Positions 35,851 through 46,007 of a stretch of 47,083 nt of DNA are shown piece after piece. The stretch's first letter is position 1. Each line of letters starts with the position of its first letter. The notes beneath the pieces are model-generated. The model was not told the origin of the DNA and made no database searches. It saw only the letters and a program-made list of their open reading frames with translations. A program made the position numbers and the translations under genes. The stretch is taken from assembly GCA_023132255.1 (NCBI GenBank), contig JAGLYK010000006.1:1-47083 (forward strand), read 5' to 3'. The DNA comes from Candidatus Pacearchaeota archaeon (lineage in GTDB: Archaea > Nanobdellota > Nanobdellia > Pacearchaeales > GW2011-AR1).

Positions 35851-36456
35851 ATGACAGAAAAAGAATCTAAAAAAAATCCAAAGAGTGCAAGAGGGCTTTA
35901 TTATTATTTAAGGCAGGCATGGAAAAAACCTGACAAGAAAACTCTTCGGGAAAGAATGATTGCGTGGAGGAAGTCGGGGGTGTTTACGAAAGTTGATAAA
36001 CCACTTAGATTAGACCGGGCACGAGCCCTGGGTTATAAAGATAAAAAAGGATTTGTCATAATTAGAATAAGAGTCAGAAGGGGCGGGCACAAAAGACCAA
36101 GGCCGAACAAAGGAAGAAGGTCAAAAAGACTTCACACAAGAAAAACTTTGAAGATGAATTACAGGTGGATTGCAGAACAAAGAGTTGCGAGGAAATACAA
36201 AAACCTTGAAGTGTTGAATTCTTATGAAATTGGAAAAGATGGAGTTCATTATTTTTATGAAGTGATTTGTGTTGACCCGAGCAAGCCGGAAATAAAAAAT
36301 GACAGAACAATAAACTGGATTTGCAATTTGAAAAACAAAAAACGCCCAATGAGAGGACTGACTTCTGCAGGAAAAAAATCAAGGGGATTAAGAAGCAAAC
36401 ATCCAACAAACAAATCAAGACCAAGTGTGAGAGCAGGGAAGAGGCGAGGGAAGTGA
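35851..36456 (+). CDS. rpl15e: 50S ribosomal protein L15e
   Basis: RLDRARALGYK, AEQRVARK, LEVLNSY, RGLTSAGKKSRGL. Confidence 0.97.
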   Translation: MTEKESKKNPKSARGLYYYLRQAWKKPDKKTLRERMIAWRKSGVFTKVDKPLRLDRARALGYKDKKGFVIIRIRVRRGGHKRPRPNKGRRSKRLHTRKTLKMNYRWIAEQRVARKYKNLEVLNSYEIGKDGVHYFYEVICVDPSKPEIKNDRTINWICNLKNKKRPMRGLTSAGKKSRGLRSKHPTNKSRPSVRAGKRRGK

Positions 36457-36457
36457 A

Positions 36458-36892
36458 ATGAGTTTAGGAAATCAATTTCGTTCAGAAGAAATCGCACAAG
36501 ATTTAGAAGAAGCATCCCTTATTGATATAAAAGATAAATTATTTGATTTAATCGATATTTTTCATGCAGAATTAAAAAAATTCCCACAAATAAGAGATTC
36601 TGGTGAAATATTTAAAAAAGGCGTAGAATTATTCGGGATTGAAAATCATTCTGCATTTCTTTATCGAAGTGCATTGATTCGAAAGCAAATTTTAGGATTG
36701 GGTTTAGAGAAGCAAATGCCTGAAATTATTGACGGGATGAATCAAACATGTAAAAGGGTTTTAGTTTCAGATTTAAAAGGCACTTATTCTATTGAACAAT
36801 ATCAACAAATTTCAAGAGCAAATTCTTATGCACTTTTCCAATTTGGACTTGATTATGTAAACAAGTGGAGCATGTATGATAATTTATTTTAA
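36458..36892 (+). CDS. Hypothetical protein
   Basis: 144-aa ORF starting 1 nt after the rpl15e stop. Confidence 0.6.
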   Translation: MSLGNQFRSEEIAQDLEEASLIDIKDKLFDLIDIFHAELKKFPQIRDSGEIFKKGVELFGIENHSAFLYRSALIRKQILGLGLEKQMPEIIDGMNQTCKRVLVSDLKGTYSIEQYQQISRANSYALFQFGLDYVNKWSMYDNLF

Positions 36893-37234
36893 TAGGAAAA
36901 AATAATCTTAATTTTTTTCTTTGTTTTATTAAAATTTGTTCTTTATTAACTACTGGCTAACAAATCGAAATTTTTTCATTTGACAAACATCCCACTAAAA
37001 GCATAACTAATCGTCACTCCTAAAATCATAAAGAGGTTTATAGCTATCTACATCAACACCAATGCGAGTGTAAATTGTTGCGACCTTCTTTTCACGAAAA
37101 TAATTTCTGCCATTTAATTCAGCAATCTTTCCTTCACCTGCCTTTTCTCTCCTTAATGCTTCTTCTATTGTTAAAATTCCTATATAAATTTTAAAGCACA
37201 AACTTATTTAAACTTTAGCATTTTTATTTCTTTT

Positions 37235-37516
37235 ATGAACCACGAGGAAAAACATTTCACAACAGAACAAGCAAAAGAAATTGGAGAAAAACTTGGGATA
37301 AAGTGGGACAAATTTAATGTTGGGCAATTTCGTATTGGAATGGATGTTGAACTTGAACACGGAACTATTGACTCTAACACAAATGTTACAGACGACAACC
37401 CATTAATCACAGGAAAAATTACTTTAGCTCATTTAAATGAATTTCCAGATTACTATACTCGACTTGAAAAAATGGAAGAAGATGCTGAAGCAGAATTAGT
37501 TAGCGAAAATGTTTAG
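37235..37516 (+). CDS. DUF5661-like protein
   Basis: GMDVELEHG...KITLAHLNEFPDYYTRL motif. Confidence 0.75.
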   Translation: MNHEEKHFTTEQAKEIGEKLGIKWDKFNVGQFRIGMDVELEHGTIDSNTNVTDDNPLITGKITLAHLNEFPDYYTRLEKMEEDAEAELVSENV

Positions 37517-37775
37517 ATAAAAAAGGATTTTCTGATATGGCATACCATCTATCTTCAAGACCTATAACATTGTCAGCGTTAGGAAATGGAGATTCTCCTT
37601 CATAACAAAGAGCTTTTAATTTACTAGGAGACGAATTTCCTAAAATCGTATAAAGTTTTTCCCCTTCAACCACCAATAAAAAATCTTCTACATTTCTTCC
37701 ATATCCATAAAAATCATAATACTCTTCCAATCCTTTTCCCCTTACTACTCTTATCTTTTTTGCTTCATCAATCAT
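37500..37775 (-). CDS. Hypothetical protein
   Basis: 91-aa ATG ORF with TATA-like sequence upstream. Confidence 0.55.
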   Translation of the reverse strand: MIDEAKKIRVVRGKGLEEYYDFYGYGRNVEDFLLVVEGEKLYTILGNSSPSKLKALCYEGESPFPNADNVIGLEDRWYAISENPFLSKHFR

Positions 37776-37864
37776 AAAATTATAAAATTTATAGTTTTAA
37801 ATAAATTTATATTCTAAAGTATACACATCCCAAATCTTAAAAACTCATTCTTCCTAATTTAATT

Positions 37865-38104
37865 ATGGTGATAAATCTATTTTATGTTATAGCAATTATC
37901 GGGCTATCCTTAATTATTCTCGGAACTTTTTTGCTGTCTCTAAAAAAGCGAATGAAAAAAATAATATTTATGTTGCTGTTAATTGGGGGAATCTGTTTGT
38001 TAATTTATAGCTTCTACATCCAGGACATAATATTTATAATTCTACAATCAGTTTATATTATCATAACAATTTACGGATTAATTAAACTCTATCATTTAAG
38101 ATGA
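37865..38104 (+). CDS. Small three-TM membrane protein
   Basis: Three hydrophobic segments; ATGA overlap with lig. Confidence 0.65.
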   Translation: MVINLFYVIAIIGLSLIILGTFLLSLKKRMKKIIFMLLLIGGICLLIYSFYIQDIIFIILQSVYIIITIYGLIKLYHLR

Positions 38105-39804
38105 ACTACAAAAAACTCGCACAGCTTTATGAAGATTTGTCTTCAACAACAAAAAGACTTGAAAAAATAAAAATACTTTCTAAATTTTTAAAACACCTTT
38201 CTGAATCAGACAGAGATGTTATGTATCTGTTACAAGGAGATATTTATCCAGAGTATGATGAAAGAAAAATTGGGATAAGTAATCAGCTCGCAATAAAAGC
38301 AATTTCAAAAGCAACAGGAACAGAGCCGAAAAAAATAATTCACGAATGGAAGATTGTCGGGGATTTAGGAAAGACTTCTGAAAAATTTACCCTCCACAAA
38401 AAACAAGCAACACTTCATTCACATGTTATAACCACTGAAAAAGTTTTGGAGAATTTAAGGAAACTTCCGGAATTAGAAGGCAAGGGAACAGTGAATAAAA
38501 AATTAGCATTAATCACAGAACTCCTGACATCTGCAGAACCTCTGGAAGCCAAATACTTGATTAGAACACTAATAGGAGATTTAAGAATTGGTGTTCAGGA
38601 AAGCACAATACGAGAGGCGCTTTCTTCTGCGTTTTTTGACAGAGACAAAGAAGCCTCAACAAAAATACAAGAAGCAATAGACAAGTCAAACGATGTTGCT
38701 CTGGTTTTTGATATTGCGAAAAAAGGGAAAATAAAAGACTTGGAAAAAGTGTCTTTAGAAGTTGGCAAGCCAATCAAAGCCATGCTCCCAAAAAAAGTAC
38801 CGACAATAAAAGAGGGTTTCAAGGAAGTTGGAAAACCCTGTATAATAGAATACAAATACGACGGATTTAGGTCCATTATTCACAGGCAGGGAAACAAAGT
38901 CATGATTTTCACGAGGAGCCTGGAAAATGTGACAAAACAATTTCCAGAGGTTGTTGAATACATAAAAAAATATGTAAAAGGAAATTCATTTATTCTTGAC
39001 TCAGAAGCAGTTGGTTATGACAAAAAAACAAAAGAGTATAAACCTTTTCAGGAAATAAGCCAGAGAATAAGAAGAAAATACAATATTGAAAAACTCCAGA
39101 GAGAACTGCCAGTAGAAGTAAATGTTTTTGATATTTTATTTTACAATGGAAAGTCTTTATTAAAAGAGCCTTTTGAAAAAAGAACAGCAATAGTAAAAAA
39201 GATAATTGAGAATCATCCTTACAAAATAATTTGCGCAAAACAAATTACAACCAGTGATGAAAAAAAGGCAAAAGAATTTTACAAGAAAGCATTAAAAAAT
39301 AATCAAGAAGGAGTTATGATGAAAAATATAAAGTCTTCGTACAGGCCAGGAAGGAGAGTGGGCAATATGGTGAAGATGAAACCTGAAGAAAAGGATTTGG
39401 ACTTGGTAATAACTGGTGCAGAATATGGAACAGGAAAAAGAAGTGGCTGGCTTTCGAGTTTTATACTTTCATGCAGGAACGAGGAAAAATATTTAGAGAT
39501 TGGGAAAGTTGGAACCGGAATCAAGGAGAAAAAAGAACAAGGAATTTCATTTGAAGAATTAACAAAACTGCTTAAACCATTAATCACAAAAGAAAAAGGA
39601 AGATATGTAAAAATAAAACCAAAAATTGTCGTCGCAGTAACCTACCAGGAAATACAAACCTCCCCGAACTATGATTCAGGTTTTGCATTGAGGTTTCCAA
39701 GGTTTACTGCACTCAGACCAGACAAACCACTTTCAGAAATAGCAAACCTAAATGAAGTCAAAAAAGATTTTAAAAAGCAAAAAAGAAATTATCATTACGG
39801 GTAG
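38101..39804 (+). CDS. lig: ATP-dependent DNA ligase
   Basis: EYKYDGFR adenylation motif, FDIL, EGVMMK, LRFPRF. Confidence 0.96.
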   Translation: MNYKKLAQLYEDLSSTTKRLEKIKILSKFLKHLSESDRDVMYLLQGDIYPEYDERKIGISNQLAIKAISKATGTEPKKIIHEWKIVGDLGKTSEKFTLHKKQATLHSHVITTEKVLENLRKLPELEGKGTVNKKLALITELLTSAEPLEAKYLIRTLIGDLRIGVQESTIREALSSAFFDRDKEASTKIQEAIDKSNDVALVFDIAKKGKIKDLEKVSLEVGKPIKAMLPKKVPTIKEGFKEVGKPCIIEYKYDGFRSIIHRQGNKVMIFTRSLENVTKQFPEVVEYIKKYVKGNSFILDSEAVGYDKKTKEYKPFQEISQRIRRKYNIEKLQRELPVEVNVFDILFYNGKSLLKEPFEKRTAIVKKIIENHPYKIICAKQITTSDEKKAKEFYKKALKNNQEGVMMKNIKSSYRPGRRVGNMVKMKPEEKDLDLVITGAEYGTGKRSGWLSSFILSCRNEEKYLEIGKVGTGIKEKKEQGISFEELTKLLKPLITKEKGRYVKIKPKIVVAVTYQEIQTSPNYDSGFALRFPRFTALRPDKPLSEIANLNEVKKDFKKQKRNYHYG

Positions 39805-39837
39805 GTTTATAAACTAATTTTTATATAATAAATCAAG

Positions 39838-40404
39838 ATGGCTGGAAAAAAATCTAAAAGCAACTATAAAATCCAAAACATTGTTGCTACCACTTCTTTA
39901 GGAAAGCCAATTCCCCTGACAAAATTGGCAAGAACACAGCCAAACACCGAATACAACCCGGAAACTTTTCCAGGTCTTGTTCTAAGAGTTAAAGAACCAA
40001 AATCAGCAGTTCTTGTTTTCTCTTCGGGAAATCTTGTTTGCACAGGAACAAAATCAGTTGCCCAAGTAAGACTGGTAATTAAAGCAGTAATAAAACAATT
40101 AAGAAAAATAAATGTCAACATCACAATAAAACCAGTCATAACTGTCCAGAACATTGTTGCTTCGGGAACAATCAATCTCAAACTTAATTTAAACTTTTTG
40201 GCGCTGGAAATGCAAAACACAGAATACGAGCCAGAGCAATTTCCAGGACTTGTTTACAAACTAATAGAACCAAACGCAACATTTTTGCTTTTCAGCAACG
40301 GAAAACTTGTTTGCACAGGAACAAAAAACAAGCAGCAATTAGAATTTAGTATGCAGCAACTTTTAAAAGATGTTAAGAAGGCGTTGAAGAATTATAAGAA
40401 GTAG
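39838..40404 (+). CDS. tbp: TATA-box binding protein
   Basis: Two repeats of QNIVA...EY.PE.FPGLV...F..G.LVCTG.K. Confidence 0.96.
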   Translation: MAGKKSKSNYKIQNIVATTSLGKPIPLTKLARTQPNTEYNPETFPGLVLRVKEPKSAVLVFSSGNLVCTGTKSVAQVRLVIKAVIKQLRKINVNITIKPVITVQNIVASGTINLKLNLNFLALEMQNTEYEPEQFPGLVYKLIEPNATFLLFSNGKLVCTGTKNKQQLEFSMQQLLKDVKKALKNYKK

Positions 40405-40416
40405 TGAGATTTTAAA

Positions 40417-42327
40417 CTACCCAAAAGAAATCTTAGTAACTCCTCTGACATGTTTTATTTTTTCAATTAATTTGACAATATTATCCAGTTTCTGGGGAAC
40501 AACTACAAAAAAACATTCAGCAACATCATGAGATAATAACTTTGCATTTACTTCTTTTATTATAAAACTTTCTCGTGAAATAGTGTTTAATATATCTGCT
40601 AAAATTCCTGACCGGTCTGATGCCTGCACAATAATTTTTATCAACATGTTAAACGATTCCTTCCAAAAAACAGGAATTGCCTTGTCCTGGATATTTTTTA
40701 TTTTTTCGCAGCTTTTTGAATGCACCAGTATTTTTTTCTGAGATTTTATGACCCCTGCAAGTTCTTCTTTTGGAAGAGGTGAACAGCATTTTGCAAGAAT
40801 AAAATTTGATGTGGGAAATTCTTTAGAAACAACAATATTCTCAAATGTCTTTTTTTCTTTAGGTTTTATAGAAAGACTTTTTGAAACAGGCAAATCTCCA
40901 TGTTTTCTGATTCCCTTGCAAATCCCTTTTTTTGCACGACTGGAAATAACAAATTTAAGCCAGTCTCTTCTTGGGCGTTGATGTTTATTTGTAATAATCT
41001 CAATGACATCCCCAGAATTTAATTCTTTTTTAAGAGGGGAAAAAACACTGTTGATTCTTCCTCCAGTTGCATGATTTCCTATTTCCTGATGGATATAGTA
41101 GGCAAAATCAAGAAGTGTGGATTTCTTTGGCAGTTCAATTGCTTTTCCTTCTGGAGTATAACAATAAAATGTGTCCTCAAAAAGATTCAACTCTATTGTT
41201 TTTAAAAATTCTTTGTCTCTTGAAATGTTTTGCAAATCTAAAACTGAACGCAGCCAGGCAGTTTTTTTCTCAAACTGAATATTTGATTTTGATGTTTTGG
41301 ATTTTTTATAACTCCAGTGGGAAGCCACACCTTCTTCTGCAATATCATCCATCTTTTGAGTGCGAATTTGAACTTCTATTTCTTTTTTATTTTTGGTTTG
41401 CAGTAAAGTATGCAGTGACTGGTATCTATTTGGTTTTGGCTGGGAAATATAATCATCTAAAGTCCCAGGCACAGAATCATAATACTGGTGCAGAATCCCC
41501 AGAACATTATAACAATCTTCATCAGAAGAAACAATAATCCTCGCAGCAAAATGGTCTTGTTGTTTGTGTAAACTTTTTTTTCTTGAAGTAATTTTTTTAT
41601 AAATATTATAAATAGATTTTTCTCTGCCCTTAATTTCGCAAACATGAACTTTTCCTTTTAACAAATCCTTAATTTCTTTAATAAAATTTTTAATAAATAA
41701 TTCCCGCTCTTCTTTTGACTCTTTTAAAAAATTAGAAATTTCTTTATATTTTCTCGGGTTGATTATCTTAAATGCCTCTTCTTCCAAGTGTTTTTTCAGG
41801 TATCTTAAATCAAAGCGATTTGCTATTGGCGCGTAAATTTCAAGCACTTCTCTGGCAATGTGATTTCTTTCAGCCAATGGAAAACTTTTGATATTTAAGA
41901 GGTTGTCTAATTTGTCTGCAAGTTTGATGAAGACAATTCTGACATCGCGTAAAGAAGTTAATAATATTTTTCTTAGTGTTTCTGCTTCAATAGTTTTATT
42001 TTTAGATTTTATGATTTTTAATTGAGTTTGTCCGGAAACCAAATCAAATATTTCTCTGCTGAATTTTTCTTTGATTTCTTCAGGCAGGGCTTTTTTTTCA
42101 AGACCATAAAGAAGTCCGGCTGTTACAACTTCAGGGAAAAGTTTGCTTTTAACTAAAATACTTCCCAAAGAAATATTGCGGTTAATTGCCGGCTCTCCTG
42201 ACAAAAGTTTTTTTTCTTTAAAATGAACTTTTGAAAAAGAAATGGCTTTTTTAAAAACAGCAAGATCTTTTTGTGAGTAATTATTTTTCCTGCAAAGTGT
42301 TAAAAAATTTAATTCTTTCTTAAGCAT
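40417..42327 (-). CDS. Long RelA/SpoT homologue (degenerate HD, synthetase, TGS, ZFD, ACT)
   Basis: YAPIANR, GREKSIY, DY..PK.N.YQSLHT, EVQIRT, HWSYK, TPEG..DFAY.IH, AKCC.P, DRSGILADI; ATG start at 42327 preferred. Confidence 0.92.
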   Translation of the reverse strand: MLKKELNFLTLCRKNNYSQKDLAVFKKAISFSKVHFKEKKLLSGEPAINRNISLGSILVKSKLFPEVVTAGLLYGLEKKALPEEIKEKFSREIFDLVSGQTQLKIIKSKNKTIEAETLRKILLTSLRDVRIVFIKLADKLDNLLNIKSFPLAERNHIAREVLEIYAPIANRFDLRYLKKHLEEEAFKIINPRKYKEISNFLKESKEERELFIKNFIKEIKDLLKGKVHVCEIKGREKSIYNIYKKITSRKKSLHKQQDHFAARIIVSSDEDCYNVLGILHQYYDSVPGTLDDYISQPKPNRYQSLHTLLQTKNKKEIEVQIRTQKMDDIAEEGVASHWSYKKSKTSKSNIQFEKKTAWLRSVLDLQNISRDKEFLKTIELNLFEDTFYCYTPEGKAIELPKKSTLLDFAYYIHQEIGNHATGGRINSVFSPLKKELNSGDVIEIITNKHQRPRRDWLKFVISSRAKKGICKGIRKHGDLPVSKSLSIKPKEKKTFENIVVSKEFPTSNFILAKCCSPLPKEELAGVIKSQKKILVHSKSCEKIKNIQDKAIPVFWKESFNMLIKIIVQASDRSGILADILNTISRESFIIKEVNAKLLSHDVAECFFVVVPQKLDNIVKLIEKIKHVRGVTKISFG

Positions 42328-42413
42328 GTTTTTATCAGATAATGCAAATTTAAAAATGTTCACAATTATCAAAAAAAAGATAAAGATTTATTTTTGAAAG
42401 ATGTTAAAAAAGT

Positions 42414-42953
42414 TTATTTTTTCTTTTTTGTTTTAAGTGGTTCAACACTTTGAACTAAATAGGTTGTATCTGCTCTCCATGGCCATGTTGCTAATGGTTG
42501 CTTGTAAGTTATTTTAACTCTTTGACCATTTTCCATTTGTTGTTCTATTTGAGAATATAATTCATCAACATTTTCACTATGTTTCGCTGATTTGTCAATA
42601 CTAAAATCCCAAACTCCCGCACCTGTATAATCCCCTGTGCTTGTTCTTCCCTCTAATGAAAGTTGCCCTTCTTTAGTTTTCCAGATTAAACCTTTTTCAG
42701 AAATTTTATTTACAACTCCAACTCTTTGACCTCCAGAATATTCTATGTTGTTTCCAATTCCTTGGTAACTTCCAAAAATTAATGTGCTTGCAAGGAAAAT
42801 ACTTCTTGCCCATCTTCCAAAGAAATCTACAGAGGGAAAACTACTATAACTAAATTTTTTGTCTTTTTTTTCATATCTTTCCTTTCGCAAGTCATCGGCA
42901 TCGTTAAAAGTTGGAAACCATTTTTGTCTGAATGTGAATTTTTTCTTTTCCAT
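42414..42953 (-). CDS. Single-TM hypothetical protein
   Basis: YS.G.RVG...K.S.KG..WKT.EG.L pattern after a hydrophobic segment. Confidence 0.65.
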   Translation of the reverse strand: MEKKKFTFRQKWFPTFNDADDLRKERYEKKDKKFSYSSFPSVDFFGRWARSIFLASTLIFGSYQGIGNNIEYSGGQRVGVVNKISEKGLIWKTKEGQLSLEGRTSTGDYTGAGVWDFSIDKSAKHSENVDELYSQIEQQMENGQRVKITYKQPLATWPWRADTTYLVQSVEPLKTKKKK

Positions 42954-43081
42954 GCTATTTATGGATAAAATGTTCTTTATAAACTTTCCTATCTGTAACC
43001 ACTTTCAAATTAATTCTTCATCCTCAAAACTACTTAATAATCTATATAAATCTATAAAAACTATCTCTGCTTTTTTTGGTT

Positions 43082-45106
43082 ATGGGTGAAGATAAACCAA
43101 AACCAAAAAACGAGGAATTAATAATTGAGGCAAAAAATTTTTTTGAGTCTTATAAAAAAGAATTAGGGGAATCCCTGAAAAAAGCAGATAATGTTATTTA
43201 TCTGGATTTTATGAAATTAACAGAATTCTCAAACAAGCTCGCAGATGAAATACTTTCAAATCCAGAGGAAACCCTGAGTCTTATTGAAGTGGCTGTTGAA
43301 GAATCAGGTCTTGTGAAAAACGCCAGAATAAGATTGAAAAATCTCCCGAAAGTCCAGGAGATGAAAATCCGGAATATTCGTTCAAAGCACTTGAATGAAT
43401 TAATTGTTATAGAGGGAATTATTCGTCAGGCTTCAGATGTTCTGCCTCAGGTTGTGAATGCGAAATTTGAGTGCCCAAGCTGCGGGACAATTATTTCGGT
43501 TTTGCAGATTGAAAAAAAATTCAGAGAACCTTCAAGATGCTCGTGTGGAAGAAGAGGCGGATTTAAATTAATCAGCAAGGAAATGGTTGACACTCAAAGA
43601 TTGGTAATTGAAGAATCGCCTGAATCTCTTGTGGGCGGGGAACAGCCAAAAAGAATTGACACTTTTGTGAAGGAGGATTTAGTTGAACCGCGAATGGAAG
43701 AAAAAACAACTCCTGGTGCAAGAGTCAAAATCATCGGCGTTTTAAAAGAAGTTCCTGTGCCGTTGTCAACAGGGGGCTTGTCAACAAGGTTCGCGCTCGC
43801 AATTGAAGTGAATAATATTATTCCTTTGGAAGAAACTTTTGAAGAATTAGATATAAGTGATGAAGATGAAAGACAAATTTTAGAATTATCAGAAGACCCA
43901 GAAGTATTTGAAAAATTCGCGCGAAGCATAACTCCAAGTGTCTGGGGTTATGAGGAAATAAAAAAGTCTTTAGTGTTGCAATTATTTTCAGGTGTGCAAA
44001 AAATTTATGCAGACGGACAAAAAAGCAGGGGAGATATCCACATTTTATTAGTAGGAGACCCTGGTGTGGCCAAATCTGTCACCCTGAATTTCATGGCAAA
44101 CATCTCTCCAAAAGGAAGATATGTTGTCGGTAAATCAACATCAGGTGCAGGGCTCACAGCAACAGTAGTAAGAGACGAGTATCTTAGAGGGTGGAGTCTG
44201 GAAGCAGGAGCAATGGTCTTGTCAAACAAGGGACTTGTCTGCATAGATGAGCTGGAGAAAATGGACCCAGGGGACAGAAGTGCCATGCATGAGGCAATGG
44301 AGCAGCAAACTGTGACAATTTCAAAAGCTAATGTGCAAGCTACATTGAGATCGGAAACTTCTGTGCTTGCAGCAGCAAATCCAAAATTTGGAAGATTTGA
44401 CCCTTACCAATCAATTGCCCAGCAAATTGACTTGCCTCCAACTTTGATTAACAGGTTTGATGTTATATTTACTTTGAGGGATTTGCCAGACAAAGATAAA
44501 GACCGAAGAATTGCAAGCCATGTTTTATCTGAACACAGAAAACAAGGGGAAGACATGTTAATCCCGAGGGACCTATTCAGAAAGTACATTGCTTATGCCA
44601 AACAAAGAATAAAACCAGAATTAAGTGAGGATGCAGTTGCAGAAATAAAAAAATTCTATGTTGACCTGAGGAACAAACCTGTTTCGTCGGATAGTGCAGT
44701 AAGGCCAATCCCGATTTCAGCAAGGCAGTTGCAAGCCCTGATAAGGATGTCTGAAGCCTCGGCAAAAGTAAGATTAAATAAAAAAGTCACAAAAGAAGAC
44801 GCTCAAAGAGCAATTGGAATTATAAAATATTATCTGACTCAGGTTGGTTATGATTACGAGTCAAAAACTTTTGACATTGACAAAATCACATTAGGAAGAA
44901 CTGCTTCGCAAAGAAACAAAGTGTTTATTGTAAGGGACTTGATAACTGAGCTTGAAGATAAAATGGGAAAATTAATTCCTGTTGAAGAAATTGAAAAAGA
45001 AATCGGGGACAAGCTGACAAAAACAGAATTAGACGACGCAATAACAGAACTTGTGAAAAACAGCATCATCTTCAAACCAAGACGAGGATATGTTCAGAAG
45101 ATGTGA
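43082..45106 (+). CDS. mcm: MCM replicative helicase
   Basis: Zn finger, GDPGVAKS, GLTA, IDELEKM, AANP..GRF, ISARQL. Confidence 0.97.
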   Translation: MGEDKPKPKNEELIIEAKNFFESYKKELGESLKKADNVIYLDFMKLTEFSNKLADEILSNPEETLSLIEVAVEESGLVKNARIRLKNLPKVQEMKIRNIRSKHLNELIVIEGIIRQASDVLPQVVNAKFECPSCGTIISVLQIEKKFREPSRCSCGRRGGFKLISKEMVDTQRLVIEESPESLVGGEQPKRIDTFVKEDLVEPRMEEKTTPGARVKIIGVLKEVPVPLSTGGLSTRFALAIEVNNIIPLEETFEELDISDEDERQILELSEDPEVFEKFARSITPSVWGYEEIKKSLVLQLFSGVQKIYADGQKSRGDIHILLVGDPGVAKSVTLNFMANISPKGRYVVGKSTSGAGLTATVVRDEYLRGWSLEAGAMVLSNKGLVCIDELEKMDPGDRSAMHEAMEQQTVTISKANVQATLRSETSVLAAANPKFGRFDPYQSIAQQIDLPPTLINRFDVIFTLRDLPDKDKDRRIASHVLSEHRKQGEDMLIPRDLFRKYIAYAKQRIKPELSEDAVAEIKKFYVDLRNKPVSSDSAVRPIPISARQLQALIRMSEASAKVRLNKKVTKEDAQRAIGIIKYYLTQVGYDYESKTFDIDKITLGRTASQRNKVFIVRDLITELEDKMGKLIPVEEIEKEIGDKLTKTELDDAITELVKNSIIFKPRRGYVQKM

Positions 45107-45122
45107 TTGGGGATTGAAAATT

Positions 45123-45842
45123 TTAAAGTAATCTTCTTAACTTTTCTCTCTCTTTTAAAAGTTTGTTAAACATTTTTTCAGAAATTTTTCCTATTTTACA
45201 TTTCTTAAATGGAATTTTCCCATAAATCCAAAATTCAGGAACTTCAAATTCCCCTTTTTTGTAATCTGAAACTCTTTTTATTGAAAGATAATATTTTCCA
45301 AAAACTTCTTTTACCATTTTAGGATGTTTTTCAATTTTAAATTTTGGATTCCAATTATTTAAGCCAAATTTCTTTTTAGAAAAAAGCGGACTCCAATATT
45401 TTTGGTCTAAAACAAAAGATTTTTTTGCAATTTCTTTTGTTACTTTAAATTTTAAAAATTGCCTGCCAATCTTATAAGATAATAAAGGAAGCATACCGCA
45501 TTTTATCCAACCTTGTGGGAGTTTTTCATCAAAACCAAGAACAAACTTATTTTGACTAAAAAATTCATTCAAAAGAGGATTTTTATATTTTAACTTTGCA
45601 CTTCTATATTTTGATTCATAAGAACCATTTTTTTGTTCTCTTTCATATTTCTTAATTGTTGATTTGTTTTCTTTTTTGTATTGCTTAAATTTTTTAATTT
45701 CCTTTTTGTCTAAAATTAATTCAGGGCATATTTCCAAAAGAATATCATAAGTATTTGTTTTAGCAAATGAAACATCTTTAATGTATCCACTTTTTTCAAT
45801 TTTGTTTATGTCTAGACTATAATGAAAAAATGTTTTAATCAT
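45123..45842 (-). CDS. Hypothetical protein
   Basis: 239-aa Lys-rich ORF; FFHYS and PEFWI motifs. Confidence 0.6.
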   Translation of the reverse strand: MIKTFFHYSLDINKIEKSGYIKDVSFAKTNTYDILLEICPELILDKKEIKKFKQYKKENKSTIKKYEREQKNGSYESKYRSAKLKYKNPLLNEFFSQNKFVLGFDEKLPQGWIKCGMLPLLSYKIGRQFLKFKVTKEIAKKSFVLDQKYWSPLFSKKKFGLNNWNPKFKIEKHPKMVKEVFGKYYLSIKRVSDYKKGEFEVPEFWIYGKIPFKKCKIGKISEKMFNKLLKEREKLRRLL

Positions 45843-46007
45843 AATTTATTAGAAACAACATATCTTTATTAATTTATCCTGCCCTAAAAATTAATTTTTA
45901 TTTTTTGTCAATCCTATGATTTTGTCTTCGTGGCTTTCCCCAACCCCATGCTAAATTCAAAAAAGTTCCACCAAAATGTTTTTAAAAGGACTTTTCTTGA
46001 AATTAAA

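Noticed and set aside
37007-37201. 64-codon minus-strand ORF
   Set aside because: Only a TTG start inside AT-rich promoter-like sequence and no recognisable motif; may be a gene remnant.
45907-45960. GC-rich intergenic patch (GTGGCTTTCCCCAACCCCATGC) and GTG start at 45930
   Set aside because: Only weak stems and no second copy found; the downstream gene more plausibly starts at ATG 46008.
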